Source of the DNA: Octopus vulgaris | Taxonomy: Eukaryota | DNA length: 64,000 nt | Direction of reading: 5' to 3' | NCBI GenBank assembly: GCA_951406725.2 | Contig: OX597815.1 | Coordinates: 49,724,001 to 49,788,000 of the forward strand | Shown here: positions 51,261-64,000 of the stretch, piece after piece | Layout: the number at the start of each line of letters is the position of its first letter | How positions within the stretch are numbered: position 1 is the stretch's first letter | Position numbers and translations under genes: made by a program | The notes under the pieces: model-generated | The model's input: only the letters and a program-made list of their open reading frames with translations | The model's database searches: none | What the model was told of the DNA's origin: nothing

Positions 51261-53435
51261 CAGACAGCACAGTCACTTCCTGCTATTTTAAAATCAGGGA
51301 AGACATATTGGATGATATCATTTGGAAGAAAAAGATTTAAGAAACAAGATAATCATAGCTGGGATGTCTTTGATCCCATATATACTCATTCAGTGCCAAT
51401 CTGGGGGTCTCAACAATAACAGACTGTAATAAGGAAAAAAAAATTTTTTAATGGAAACTGGAAAGGTTAGGGGAAAGGTAGGGGAGGGGTGCCACTGGTT
51501 TATGAATTATAATTATAATATTTAATAGGTAAAGTTGTAGCAGTGTTAGCAGTAGCAGCAGAAGTAGTAGTAGTGGTGGGGGTAGTTAAATCATTGATGA
51601 TGTTGATGATGATGGTGATGTTAAAGGAAGTGCTATTAGAAATAAAAATTGCACCATTCCATCGAAATGAGCCTTGGCCAGCTTCCCTTTCGCATACTAT
51701 ACCATGAGTACCGTAAACACTACTAGCACCTCTGCCACTGCCACCACAACAATTACACCATCATCGTTGACAACAATAACAACTGTGACAACACCATCAT
51801 TACTAACACCATCAACACCAACAACAGCAACAACTACTACACCACTAACACTACCCTAATAGCAAAAATACTAACTATACCACTAGCACTACCAACACCA
51901 CCACAGTGAACATGATCACCAACACTTACACTACAATACAACCATCTCTACTACAGACACCGATAATAACAAGGAAGCTAAGATAATGAAGAAGCTACTG
52001 TGAAGTCATGCAACATGTGAAAAATAGTGCCCAAATTGCCCTCAAAACCTACTACATTTAAATAGCGATTGAATAATGCACAAAGCTGGGATGGTCACAG
52101 CTGGAATCTCTGGTTATAGGTATGCTCAATTACAGCTGACATGGGTCTAAATATAAGCAAAAGCATCAATGTCTGTGCATAGTCTTAGCCACTCATGCTA
52201 GAAATAACAACCAGTCTCTCAAATTACATCCTGTGTCATTAAAAAAAGGACATGTTCCTGTTATATAAATTGTTGGCATTCCATTAATCACAGCTTTGCT
52301 TAATCAAGGTTGACCTGGAGCCAAGCAACAATGCTATTTCAATGGTAAACACTAACAAGAGTGCAGATTCTATTTCCACTGACAAAAGCTAAGAATTCAG
52401 GAATATTCAAAGTTATCTTTCTTGCTTGCTTGGCAAGAAAATAATGTTCTTTCTACTATAAGCACAATGCCCAAAATTTGCAGAATGGAAGATAGTCAAT
52501 CGCAGCATTCAACTATTACTTATTTTATTGACCCCCAAAAGGATAACAGACAAAGCCAACTTTGCTGGAATTTGAACTTAGAATGTAATGATGGAGAAAA
52601 TGCTTCTAAGCATTTTGTCCACTGAGTTAATGGTTCTGCTAGCTTGCTACCTTTAGTAAACTTTTAATATGCTAACTAATCCACACATTTAACTCTTTAT
52701 TTCTGATGTCAGATACATTGGAAATAATCAAACCCACTTTTTATGATATATTCATGACCAATTCATTAGTATCCTCAGTGTCATCATCATGATATCCATG
52801 ATGATGATCATCAACATTATCATCATCATCATCATAATCTTGATCAGTATCATGATCATGAGCATCATTATCATCATCGCCATCCTCTGCAGTAAGAAAC
52901 CCCCTTGTCCCTGGCACCCCAATATAAAAGCTAGCGACCAACCACCCTCACCAGTGTCACAATATGGTAAATCTAAATAGAGGAAAGCAGAGTGAGTGGA
53001 GGTTATATATGAACCATTCAAGTAAATTTAGGATGTAGGGTGGGGAGAGAGGTAAAGTTAAAGGCATGTATGTTTAAAATTTTGGTTCTCAACTAATCCT
53101 ACCAACCCCTACTCTAAAAAAAATGCCCCCTCCGCTCCTCATCACTCTACCCGGCTCCATCTAACAGACATTCCAACAGATTAGATTCCAGTAAATGATT
53201 TCTTCTGATATCTGCCGTATCCATTTACTGACAAATGATCTTTGTACTCAAGGAACGATTATTTATCGCATGTTGCAGTTGATACCCTTATCTAAAGAAG
53301 ATATCTTCAAGCTACACACAGACATACACACATATACAGATACACACATATACACATGCTCACAACTATTCGCACATATCAACACGCACAAATGCACATA
53401 TATACAAACATGAATACACACATACAACCCCCCCA

Positions 53436-53511
<76 letters not shown>

Positions 53512-53999
53512 GACAACATGGGTGATATTTAGGATAATCTTGACACTTAGACATTATTATAAATAGGATCAGTTTTTTTTTTATCTGTTTGATACAGCTA
53601 GGCGCTCGTACCACACAAAGTCTTGTTTTTCTGTGGCCAGTAAGATTTTTTATTTTGCTGAAAACTGCGTCTTTGGATTCATCAGTGTTATATTACAGCA
53701 ATAACATCACTGTTAATCCATTCATTAGATACATATTAATATGAGGGCATGGAAAATAAAGCATTATATGCTTGAGTGTATATAGCTGTGTGGTTAAGAA
53801 GCTCACTTTGCAACCACATGGTTTTTGGTTCAATCCCATTGGCCAGTACCTTGTGCAAGTCTTCTACTATAGTTCTCAACTGACCAATGTTTTGTGAGTA
53901 GAAATGGAAACTGTGTGGAAGCCTGTGGTATTTGTGTGTGTCCCACCTATCACTTGACAACTGGTGTTAGCTTTAAAAATCATGAGTACTCTGTACTGA

Positions 54000-54290
54000 T
54001 TTGGTCATGTGGTGAGGATGGATGCTGATAGCTCCATAAAGAAGTGCTGATCTCTGAAAGTAGATGGAACATGTGGAAGTGGGAAACCCAGGAAGATATG
54101 GAATGAAATACTGAAGAACAACCTCAGCATGCTGAACCTTTCATGCAAGATGACAAAGGTGCCTTGCTGAATTCAAGAAGACCTGTACTCTGCAGCAGAA
54201 GTGTGAAGAGCAGTCACACTGGTGATGTAAAGCACTTGTGGCAGTATCACATAAAAGCACCCAATGTAATGTCATGTAAAAGCATATATA
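54000..54290 (+). mobile_element. Decayed RTE LINE C-terminal fragment
   Basis: GHVVRMDADSSIKKC*SLKVDGTCGSGKPRKIWNEILKNNL. Confidence 0.8.
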
Positions 54291-54324
54291 TATATATACA
54301 TACTGCAGGTTTCATTCAGTTTCT

Positions 54325-54557
54325 TGTTTCTTTACTGCCCTCAAGGGGCTACACACAGAGGGGACACACAAGGACAGACAAACGGATTAAGTCGATTCTT
54401 TTGACCCCAGTGCATAACTGGTACTTATTTAATCGACCCCGAAAGGATAAAAGGCAAAGTCGACCTTGGCAGAATTTGAACCCAGAATGTAGTCGCAAAT
54501 GAAATATCGCCAAGCATTTCGCCCAGCATGCTAATGTTTCTGCCAGCTTGCAGCCTT
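54325..54557 (-). mobile_element. SINE-B variant with an alternative 3' tail, inserted into a SINE-A with an 18-bp TSD
   Basis: TSD aggtttc(a/t)ttcagtttct at 54307-54324 and 54558-54575. Tail gtttgtctgtccttgtgtgtcccctctgtgtgtagccccttgagggcagtaaagaaaca. Confidence 0.85.
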
Positions 54558-55150
54558 AGGTTTCTTTCAGTTTCTATCAACCAAATCCACTCACATGACT
54601 TTGGTTAGCCCAGGGCTATAGTAGAAGACACTTGCCCAAGGTGCCATGCAGTGGGACTGAACCCAGAACCATGTGGGTGGGAAACAAGCGTCTTACCACA
54701 CAGCCATGTTTATGCCTCTATGTGTGTAAATATTATTTAAATGAATATATATGTATCAATGTAAGAGTGTGAATATATCTTTTAGCTTTTCTTTGTTTCA
54801 GTCATTAGACAGTGTCCATGCTGGAGCACCACCTTGGGGAATTTTAATTGAATGAATCAACTCCAGTAGATGTTTTTTGAGACTGGTACTTATTCTGTTG
54901 GTCTCTTTTGATGAAGCGCTAAGTTACAGGGATGTAAACACATGAAACATCAACACTGGTTGAGGGGAACAAATATAGACACACATATATTTGCACACAC
55001 ACATACACACACAACAGGCTTCTTTCAGTTTCACAAGGTTTGATCAGCCTGGGGCTATAGTAGAGGACACTTTCTTAAGGTGCCACACAGTGAGACTGAA
55101 CTCAGAACCATGTGGTTGGGAAGCAAACTTCTTATCGCACAATCACACCT
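54558..55150 (-). mobile_element. Two SINE family A copies (54558-54715 head; 54785-55150)
   Basis: Standard SINE-A motifs on the minus strand. Confidence 0.8.
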
Positions 55151-55981
55151 GTGTCTACATGTATAAGTGTGTGTGTGTATATATGTGTATGCAAATATAT
55201 ATTACTAAATATATGTAAATATGTGTAAATGCATATGTAAAAGTATGGGTGTAAAAGTATATACAAAAATACATGTTTGTAAATGCATATATCTAAATGT
55301 GTATGTAAGTGCAAACGTATGTATTTAACTGTATATGTGAAAATGAATACATACATATAAATTTATGTGTATGTCCTTAACTCTACATATAGAATATAAG
55401 TGCATGTAAATAAATGTGTATATGTAAATGTCTGTGTAAAATATATGTAAAACTATATATCAGTATATGTTAGTGAATGTATACATAAATATGTGTGTTG
55501 ATATATACACCAAACTAAGCATTTGAAAATGTATATGAAAATATATGTGTATAATTGTAGTTGTGCGAATGATTGTCCATTAACATGTGTATTTCCATGT
55601 ATATCAATATGTTTAAATGTCTATGTGTAAAGTATGTTTTTAAATGTATTTGTATACATGTGTATTTTGAAATGTATGTGGGTAAGTGCGTGTATGTAAA
55701 TATGTGTGTAAATCTATATGTGCATTTGTATAAGAAGTTAAGTGATTCAAGGATAAATGCCAGAGCAAATAAACTGAATGAATTTCAGAAACAAAGTATT
55801 GTTGTATTTGTTATTAAAGAAAGAAAATATAGTTTATAGTTATTATATATAATAGGCAGTTGTTTGTATTTCTTTATCTTTCACTTCCATATCTTCATAT
55901 ATACATACATTCTCACATTTATATATTATATATGTGTATGTGCATACATCTGAGTGAGTGATTCTATGTATATGTATATAT

Positions 55982-56034
<53 letters not shown>

Positions 56035-56317
56035 CACACACATGCCTACATATTTATATAAATATATATATATATATATATATACATGCAGACACACACA
56101 CACATATATGTATATAAATACGTATATATTTAAATATGTATGAATTTGAAACATGTATCTGAGTGTCTGTCTACTTGCATATGACTATGTTAGATAATAC
56201 TGTATTTACGAAATACATATACACCCACATGCATAATTGCAAATGTACATATAAATATATGCATGTGTATCTGCGTATATATAAATATATATATATCTGT
56301 GTGTGTGTATATATGTA

Positions 56318-56359
<42 letters not shown>

Positions 56360-57000
56360 TTTATATGTATATGTAGATATGTTTGTATGTATGTATGGGT
56401 GTGTGTGTGCATAAATGTATGCACACACACGTGAAAACAAGTACATGTCTTCATTCATTCATTCATATTTAAAGTATTTTTCTTTATACATATTGCAGCT
56501 TCCATTAAAATTATGTGTCTAATTTCTATGATCGAACAATATATGCATATGGTGATTTATATTATATATGCATACCTATTCACATATACATAAATGCATA
56601 CATACACATGAATAAAAACATACATAGCTCTATAAATAAATTGATGTCTTCATATACCTGTGTGTATGTCTCTCTTTCCCTCTCTCTTCTCTCTCTCTTT
56701 CTCCCTATATATATATATATATATATATACGTAAGTATGTAGATGTGCATATGCATACTTATAAGTGTGTATATATATGCATGTACATATAAGTGTACAT
56801 ATATGTATATACATACATAAACACTTATAAGTGTGTGCATATATATATATATGCACATATATGTATAAGTATATATGTATAAGTAGATATATATGCACGT
56901 GTATGTATAAGTATACATATACATGTTTACATGTGTGTATATATAAGTATATGCATATATGTGTACATATTTATGTATATATATGTATGTCTAAGTATAT

Positions 57001-57034
<34 letters not shown>

Positions 57035-57043
57035 CTAAGTATA

Positions 57044-57074
<31 letters not shown>

Positions 57075-57095
57075 TACATATAAGTATATAAATAA

Positions 57096-57140
<45 letters not shown>
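55150..57140. repeat. ~2 kb of degenerate TA/TG/CA low-complexity sequence
   Basis: Cryptic tatgtaaa/tataagt periodicity and (TA)n runs. Confidence 0.9.
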
Positions 57141-60100
57141 TGCATGCACTTGCATGTATGCTCATGCACAAATAAGAAAATGCTGCAGTGTCATGATCTA
57201 TGTAAAGAATTGCCAATAGCTAGGAATAAGCAGCATTGATTGAAATTAATTTCTGGAAACAAAAAAACTGAACAATGCAATATGTTCGATGACTCCCATC
57301 AGAGTAATTAGATCACAAGGACAAAGGTACACTGATGGCTCATAGCTTACATCCTGTACAATGTACACTTTCACATTACCAAAGGGCCTTTTCACAAGAA
57401 ATTATTCATTGATAAATGGTTCCATGACCAAAAATGACTCCCTAATATATTACACACAAGCTTTTCATTAAATGCATTCATTTAGCATGCATTTTCTCTT
57501 TAGTCTAATTATATTTTATGTAAAAATCTTTGAATTATAAAGAATTTTTCTCCTTTTTTTCCCCCCATCACTTTTTGAAATTTTTGTCTCATTCTGGTTA
57601 CCATATTTATGTGCATATATGTATATATAGACTTACATATATATATATATATATATATGTGAAACACACACACATGAACTCATGAATACCTACACACACA
57701 TATATACAGATATTCACACATATGGATATACACATTGTGTGTGTGTGTGTGTCAAACATTTAATGTAGAGAATAAAAATATAATACATAGAAAGAATGTT
57801 AAAAAAATTTTAATTTGATACTGGTTATCAATAATAATAATAAAAAGAACAATAATAATAATAATGCCGATCCTGTGTAGATAATTGCTTCCAAGCTGCC
57901 TTAAGATAGATCTTCCTACAGTATCTTTAAACACTGGGTCAGGAATATTGTTGATATTGCTGTTGTGTTGTTCCAAACAGATTTGGGTGAATATATTAAT
58001 GAAGCAGGAATGGTTGTGTGGTTAATAAGTTTGTTTCTGTGCTCACAAAGAGCCAGGGTCAATATTATTGCATGGCCCTCTGCCCAAGTATTTTTGTATA
58101 ACCTTGGGCATTGTCTAATGCCTTACAAAAGGAATTTGGTAGATAAAAATTGTTCCAAAACCATTCTCACATACACAAGTGTGAGTGTGTCTATGGAGAT
58201 GAATATTATGAAATTATGATTAAACAAAACTATGATGAACAAAAATACCTTTTGGTTTTTAGCTTCAACTGTGTTATTCTTTCTATGTGAAGGTAGTCTT
58301 TGCCTAATGTCATAAAAACATAATGAAATAAGTACCAAAGAACTCAAGTGAATGTAAATAAATAAAACCATTACATGTTCTGCACCAGAATGGTTGCAGT
58401 CCAAATACCACAAAATAGTAAAAGAATTTTCAAAATATGTGAGATGGGATCAGATAAGTGTGTTTTCTTATCAACCTCAAATGATACTGAAAATAAAATT
58501 ATCATGTCTTTTAGAAGGGCTTGAACTCACTAATATTGTCTATATGTATGTAAATATTTATGGCTAGCAACGGTGCTACACAATTAAACTTAGTGGGTAT
58601 TTAAGTAATGAGTTCATGGAGAGTTGAATGGTTGGATGTGGTGCTGATGAAAGAGCAATAACTCTATGCATATACGCTCATTACCTATTCTTTATATCTT
58701 CAATTGCATCATTTATATAGAATAATTTGTATATGACACACCATAACTTTCAGTACTGGCTTTGAAAATCTGGAGAAATGAACTTAAAAATATCATATAA
58801 TGTAATGTAATGTCTCACATATCTGCTACCCTTGCCACAGTATGGAAATCAAGTAAATTATATGTTGCCTTCATTTCTGGTCATGGATATTACATCTTTA
58901 TATCAGACTGACTGAATTGTTTGAGCATTGAGCATTGTTTGAGCCTTGAGGTATTTCATTCAGCACATTACTTTTGAGTTCAAATCCTGCTGAGGTTCAC
59001 TTTTGCCTTTCATCCTTCCAGAGTTGATGAAAAAAGGACTAGTTAAGTTTTGGGGTCAATAGTATGGAGTAACCCATTTATTTTGAATTTGCTAGCATTG
59101 AGCCTAAATCAGAAAACTTCTCCTAATTATTATAATTACATCTCTACTGATGAGAGGATGTGAGTTTGAGTCTCATGGGTGGCCTTTAATTTTTTCTTGT
59201 CTATCCTAAAAAGGGTTTCTGATCTAATATTTACATGCTATTATTAAAAGTTTTGTATGCACTTCAAGAATCAATTTCCCCACCCCTTCCCAATCACCAA
59301 AAAAGGAGTTCCTCCAAGTCCTCTTGAAAGTTAATAAATTCTTATCACATCATTGGTAATCTATGGAAATCAAAATTTACAGGTAGGTTAGATGAAAATA
59401 TTTAGTGTAGCTATTTTGATTTTACTAACAAGCTAAACTTACAATGTATTCTCTTTGATTTTTATAAACTCCATTCTTTCTATATAACCAATTCTTTACA
59501 AATTTTTTATTAGTACTAATAAACTATCCTTATGTCCATTTGTTTTCACTGTTAACCTGTAAAAATTGAAGTTAAAGCAAACCGATGTAAGTACATCTTT
59601 ATATTAGACTGACTGAAGGCAGAATTGTTAGCACACCGAACGAAATGTTTAATGATATTTCGTCTGTCTTTATGTTAATATTGTGGTGCACCTGAGCACT
59701 GTACAGAATAATTTCATAATTTCATTATTATTATTATTATACTTAACAAAATTTTTCATTAAAAATATACCTTACAAAATAATTTTGTTATCCTTCCTAG
59801 GGCTTACACTTTACCATAACTCATAAGAAAATATTAATGTAAAACCCGACATTCAGCTCTTCTATGGAATATATAAAACTTCAGTACAAAATATATATCT
59901 TAAATTGTAAGTCATCCATAAGACAGTGTTTTTGTTGTTTAACTTCATATTATAGTAGCCTACTTCAATCATTCCTTTACATATCAATAATCAAAATAAA
60001 ATGATAATTTCTGAATCTCATAATTTGTTACAAGTACACAATTTCTGAATTCTTTATTGACAAGATGGTAAACCAATTAAATAGTATTATTATTACATTG

Positions 60101-60401
60101 TTATTGCACCATATGGAAATAAAGCAGACCACCACAGTGTATTATGCTAGTATGTGTACATTGTTGCAGTTTAATTTGTTTACCTTTCCTAAGCTTTGAA
60201 ACATGTGTTTTACACCAGTAAATGTATTTGATGTAATTAAAATATAGAGGAAATGGTATCTATGTGTCAGGGTAGTTACAATGTACTATCTTTTTTGTTA
60301 TGATATGCAAAATACTTAAAAATAAAATCTAATATAACATGTGATTAAATAGGTAAAATATAATTATTAAATAGAAACAATTAAGATTTTATTGACATAG
60401 T

Positions 60402-60670
60402 GCATGGCTGTGAGGTAAGAAGTTTGCTTCTCAACCATATGGTTCCATGTTCAGTCCCTCTGTGTGGTACTTTGGGTAATTGTCTTCCACTTGAGACCTA
60501 GGCCAGTCAAAGTCTTGTGTGTGGTAGATAGAATCTGAAAGAAACCCATCATATTTGTTTATGTGTATCTATGTAGGTGTTTGTGTATGTCTCCCTGCTT
60601 GACAACTGGGGTTGGCAATAGAAACTGCTAGAACAAATATCAGGCATTAAAAAATAAGTACTGTTGTCAG
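60402..60670 (+). mobile_element. Decayed SINE family A
   Basis: tggctgtgaggtaagaag..gttcagtccc..gcttgacaac..taagtact. Confidence 0.75.
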
Positions 60671-61027
60671 TTCATTCACTATACTGTTAGGCAATGCCAT
60701 CAACTTCAGTACATATCTAGTACTTTATTCTATGCAACTCTAAAGAATGAAAAGTGTAATTGTCCTTGGTGGGATTTGAACTCAGAACATACAACAAAAG
60801 TATTTTCTTCAACACACTAACAATTCTTCCAATTTTCAACCTTGGTTCAAGTGGAACTATCAGCATTGTTTTGATTACCTAAGACACATTTATTTACTCT
60901 ATCTTACTTTGGTATAATTGAGCAATAACATCATTGACTAATTTTCAAACAGACCAGTAACTGGTTCTCTACAATTTTAATGGCAAACATCTTTAATTTT
61001 TCAATTTCTCACTGATGGCTTTATATA

Positions 61028-61318
61028 TCATCATCATCATCATCATCACCGTTTAACGTCCGCTTTCCATGCTGGCATGGGTTGGCCGGTTAAACTAAGG
61101 ACTGGTGAGCCAGATGGCTGCACCAGGCTCCAATCTGTTTCTACACCTGGATGCCCTTCCTAACGCCAACCACTCCGAGACTGTAATGGGTGCTTTTACG
61201 TGCCACTGGTATGAGGGCCAGTCAGGCGGTACTGGCAATGGCCACGCTCAAATGGTGTTTTTTATGTGCCACCTGCACAGGAGCCAGTCCAGTGGCACTG
61301 ACAATGACCTTGCTCGAA

Positions 61319-61320
<2 letters not shown>
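61028..61320 (-). mobile_element. RTE LINE 3'UTR with (GAT)n tail
   Basis: (cat)n ccgtttaacgtccgctttccatgctggcatgggttgg..ggatgcccttcctaacgccaac. Confidence 0.85.
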
Positions 61321-61383
<63 letters not shown>

Positions 61384-61607
61384 GTTCAAATTTACAGAAG
61401 ACAAAGATGAAGGCAAGTGAGGGAATAACAAGCAGGTGTATTAGTTTGATGCTTGGGAAGAATGGAAAAGTTTTTTATCTTTTACTTGTCTCAATTATTA
61501 GACACCTGCCATGCTGGAGCACCAATTCAAAGAATTTTAGTAGATCGAAAAAATGCCAGTACTTATTTTTTCAAGCCTGTTATTTATTCTGTTGGTCTCT
61601 TGTTGCC

Positions 61608-62286
61608 AAACTCTTGGTAAATGCTACCATTATCCTTGCCTTCAGTGCATCTTAGTGTTACAAAAAGTTTTGTTGGTCTCTTGTTCAACTGCACTCCACT
61701 CATAATAATCAAGGGGGTAGCAGTCTGCAGAATTAGGTGGCCAGATGTTAAGGGTGATGTGGTCACAGAAATTGTCTGACAACCACGACTGGGTCCTCCT
61801 GATTGTGTGGCATGGTGAAGAATCCTGTTGCCAGACATAAGGTCTTTCTGCAGCCACCCTTTTGACCTAGGGCAACACTACCTTATCCATACACTTGATG
61901 TAGGCCTCTGTTTTGAATGTGAGGTCATGTAGGAAGATGAATGGAGACATAACGTTGCTATCACTAGTGATCACTCCAAACGCTATGATGTTGACTAGAT
62001 GTTTGATTTTTATCACTTTCAGTACATGTTTTGGGGATATGGCAAGCCAACAGTTGTTCTCTATGTTCACAATCTGTTCGTATTGGAGCTTCTGGCATGA
62101 ATGCCAAGCAGTACAGCATGTCGTTTCAAAATTTCTGGCAAAGTAAATTGCATCATAGTGCTGTTTTTCTCACAGATGGTGCAGTCAACTGACCCTAATA
62201 TATGGTGTAGTCAACAAAATCAAAAACAGACAATGCACCTGCATGAAATTGAAAATATAAAGTGGTGACAATTTACCATCATACAC

Positions 62287-62290
<4 letters not shown>
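61608..62290 (-). mobile_element. Second DD37D (maT) transposon relic, 3'-truncated
   Basis: YVWQQD-37aa-DY (SSPCHTIRRTQSWLSDNFCDHITLNIWPPNSADCYPL); 5' TIR remnant at 62265-62290; homologous to 46817-47679. Confidence 0.9.
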
Positions 62291-62326
<36 letters not shown>

Positions 62327-62328
62327 AT

Positions 62329-62365
<37 letters not shown>

Positions 62366-62377
62366 GATAGATAGATG

Positions 62378-62633
62378 CAGGAGTGGCTGTATGGTAAATA
62401 GATTGCTTACCAACCACATGGTTCTGGGTTCATTCCAACTGCGGGGCACTTGGGCAAGTGTCTTCTACTATAGCCTCGGGCCAACCAAAGCCTTGTGAGT
62501 GGATTTGGTAGACAGAAACTGAAAGAAACCCATCGTATATATGCATATATATATATGTATGTGTATGTGTATGTTTGTGTGTCTGTGTTTGTCCCGCCCA
62601 ACATTGCTTGACAACTGATGGTGGTGTGTTTAC
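62378..62633 (+). mobile_element. SINE family A 5' two-thirds, truncated by (TA/CATA)n
   Basis: gcaggagtggctgtatggtaa..gggttcattcc..aaagccttgtgagtggatttggtagac. Confidence 0.88.
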
Positions 62634-62673
62634 ATATATATATCTATACATACATACATATATATATATATAC

Positions 62674-62726
<53 letters not shown>

Positions 62727-63000
62727 TATATAAATCAATGCATACATATATACATACATATATTCGTACATGCATATACATACACACACATACATATACA
62801 TACATACATACACACACACATACATATACATACATATGCATACGTACATATACATATATATATGCACACATACATACATTCACATACACATACATATACA
62901 TACATATATGTATACATATATACATAGAAGAATTAAGATATAAACTCGAATTAGGCTACCATACTCATACAGTTATAAATTCAACTTAAAATGCTTATAC

Positions 63001-63680
63001 ATATATTAATACATACTGACACATGAATATTTAAGAAAATATTCATAAAATATAAATATATATATTTACATAAAAATACATGTAAATAGAACCCATGTGG
63101 GATTGGTATGGAAGGAAATTTGAGAAACAGAGCACTGATAAATTTTGTTTTTTGTACTAAAATTTAGAGCAGGTAACAGTTTCAATTAAAAGATCCATAG
63201 AGTTTGATGTGTTTTTTTTTAAATATATAAATGGTATGTAAGGTATATAATACAGTTCAAGGAAGTCCACTTTCTATCATCATTTCTAGAGTTCATGTCC
63301 TGGTAGAAAGGGATACCTTTCCTGATGTAGTGGACATTGTCCGCATGGTTTGTAAGATCTTTTATTAATGTTTCTACCAGGACATGAATTCTGGAAATGG
63401 CCATAGAAAGTGGACTTCTTCAAACTGTATTATATACCTTATATACCATTCATATATTTAAAATAAAAACGCACCAACCTTAATGGATCTATTAATTGAA
63501 ACTGTTAACTGGTCTTAATTTTAGTATATAAAAGAAAATATCAGTTCTCTTTTTCTTACACTTCCTTCCATACCTATCTCACATGGGTTTTATTTACATG
63601 TATTTTTATGTATATTTATATTTTATGAATATGTTTTTAAAAATATATATATGTGTTGATATGTATTAATATATATATAT
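63001..63680. mobile_element. ~680-bp quasi-palindrome: ~310-bp inverted arms, ~60-bp spacer, within TA-rich repeats
   Basis: ttcatgtcctggtagaaa (63292-63309) / tttctaccaggacatgaa (63371-63388); aaggtatataatacagtt / aactgtattatatacctt; cataaaaatacatgtaaata / tatttacatgtatttttatg. Confidence 0.9.
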
Positions 63681-63684
63681 ACAA

Positions 63685-64000
63685 CGAGCTTGTTTCAGTT
63701 TCTGTCTACCAAATCCACTCCCAAGGTTTTTGTTGCCCTAAGGCTCTAGTAGAAGACACTTGCTCAAGGTGTCACACAGTGGGACTGAACCCAGAACCAT
63801 GTGGTTGGGAAGCAAGCTTCTTACCACACAGCCACACCTATATATATATATACACATATATATATATGATGTATAAATAAAACCATCAGTATGAAACTGG
63901 AAAATTCTACACAATTGCTATCTCACAAAATATTGGTTTCAAATTTTGGCACAAAGCCAGCAATTTCAAGGGATCGGTAAGTTGATTACATTGATCCCAT
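63685..64000 (-). mobile_element. SINE-A head (63685-63838) and start of a SINE-B running off the window (63935-64000)
   Basis: Standard family motifs. Confidence 0.8.

Noticed and set aside
51466-51491. G-rich run ggttaggggaaaggtaggggaggggtg as a G-quadruplex or telomere seed
   Set aside because: Only three G4 tracts plus GG pairs and a single TTAGGG; not distinguishable from background.

Overview
AT-rich, repeat-saturated eukaryotic DNA with no host protein-coding exon I can support, so either intergenic or deep in a large intron. The repeat make-up suggests a coleoid cephalopod such as Octopus (inference): dense (TA)n/(CA)n/(ATT)n microsatellites, several tRNA-derived SINE families, RTE 3' ends with (GAT)n tails, R4/Dong LINEs, mariner/maT and piggyBac MITEs. 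Almost all listed ORFs are microsatellite read-throughs. The only real coding sequences are transposon-derived: an uninterrupted 368-codon R4/Dong C-terminus (CCHC finger plus restriction-like endonuclease) sitting in (TAA)n, a decayed Dong RT, RTE C-termini, and two DD37D (maT) transposase relics. The most interesting signal is a recurring module of a minimal type I hammerhead-ribozyme motif, then about 85-150 bp, then (TA)n. It occurs as a tandem pair (41.7-42.1 kb) and in the outward-facing arms of long inverted-repeat elements (10.6-11.6, 12.4-14.0 and possibly 63.0-63.7 kb), consistent with Penelope-like pLTRs. One family carries an atypical GCA cleavage triplet. Also notable are same-orientation SINE trains joined by (ATT)n, a SINE 3'-tail swap, twin near-perfect hairpins at 17.1 kb, a ~180-bp minisatellite and a pure (GAA)65 tract. 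SINE family letters (A, B, D) are my own labels. Boundaries of decayed repeats were read by eye and are approximate.
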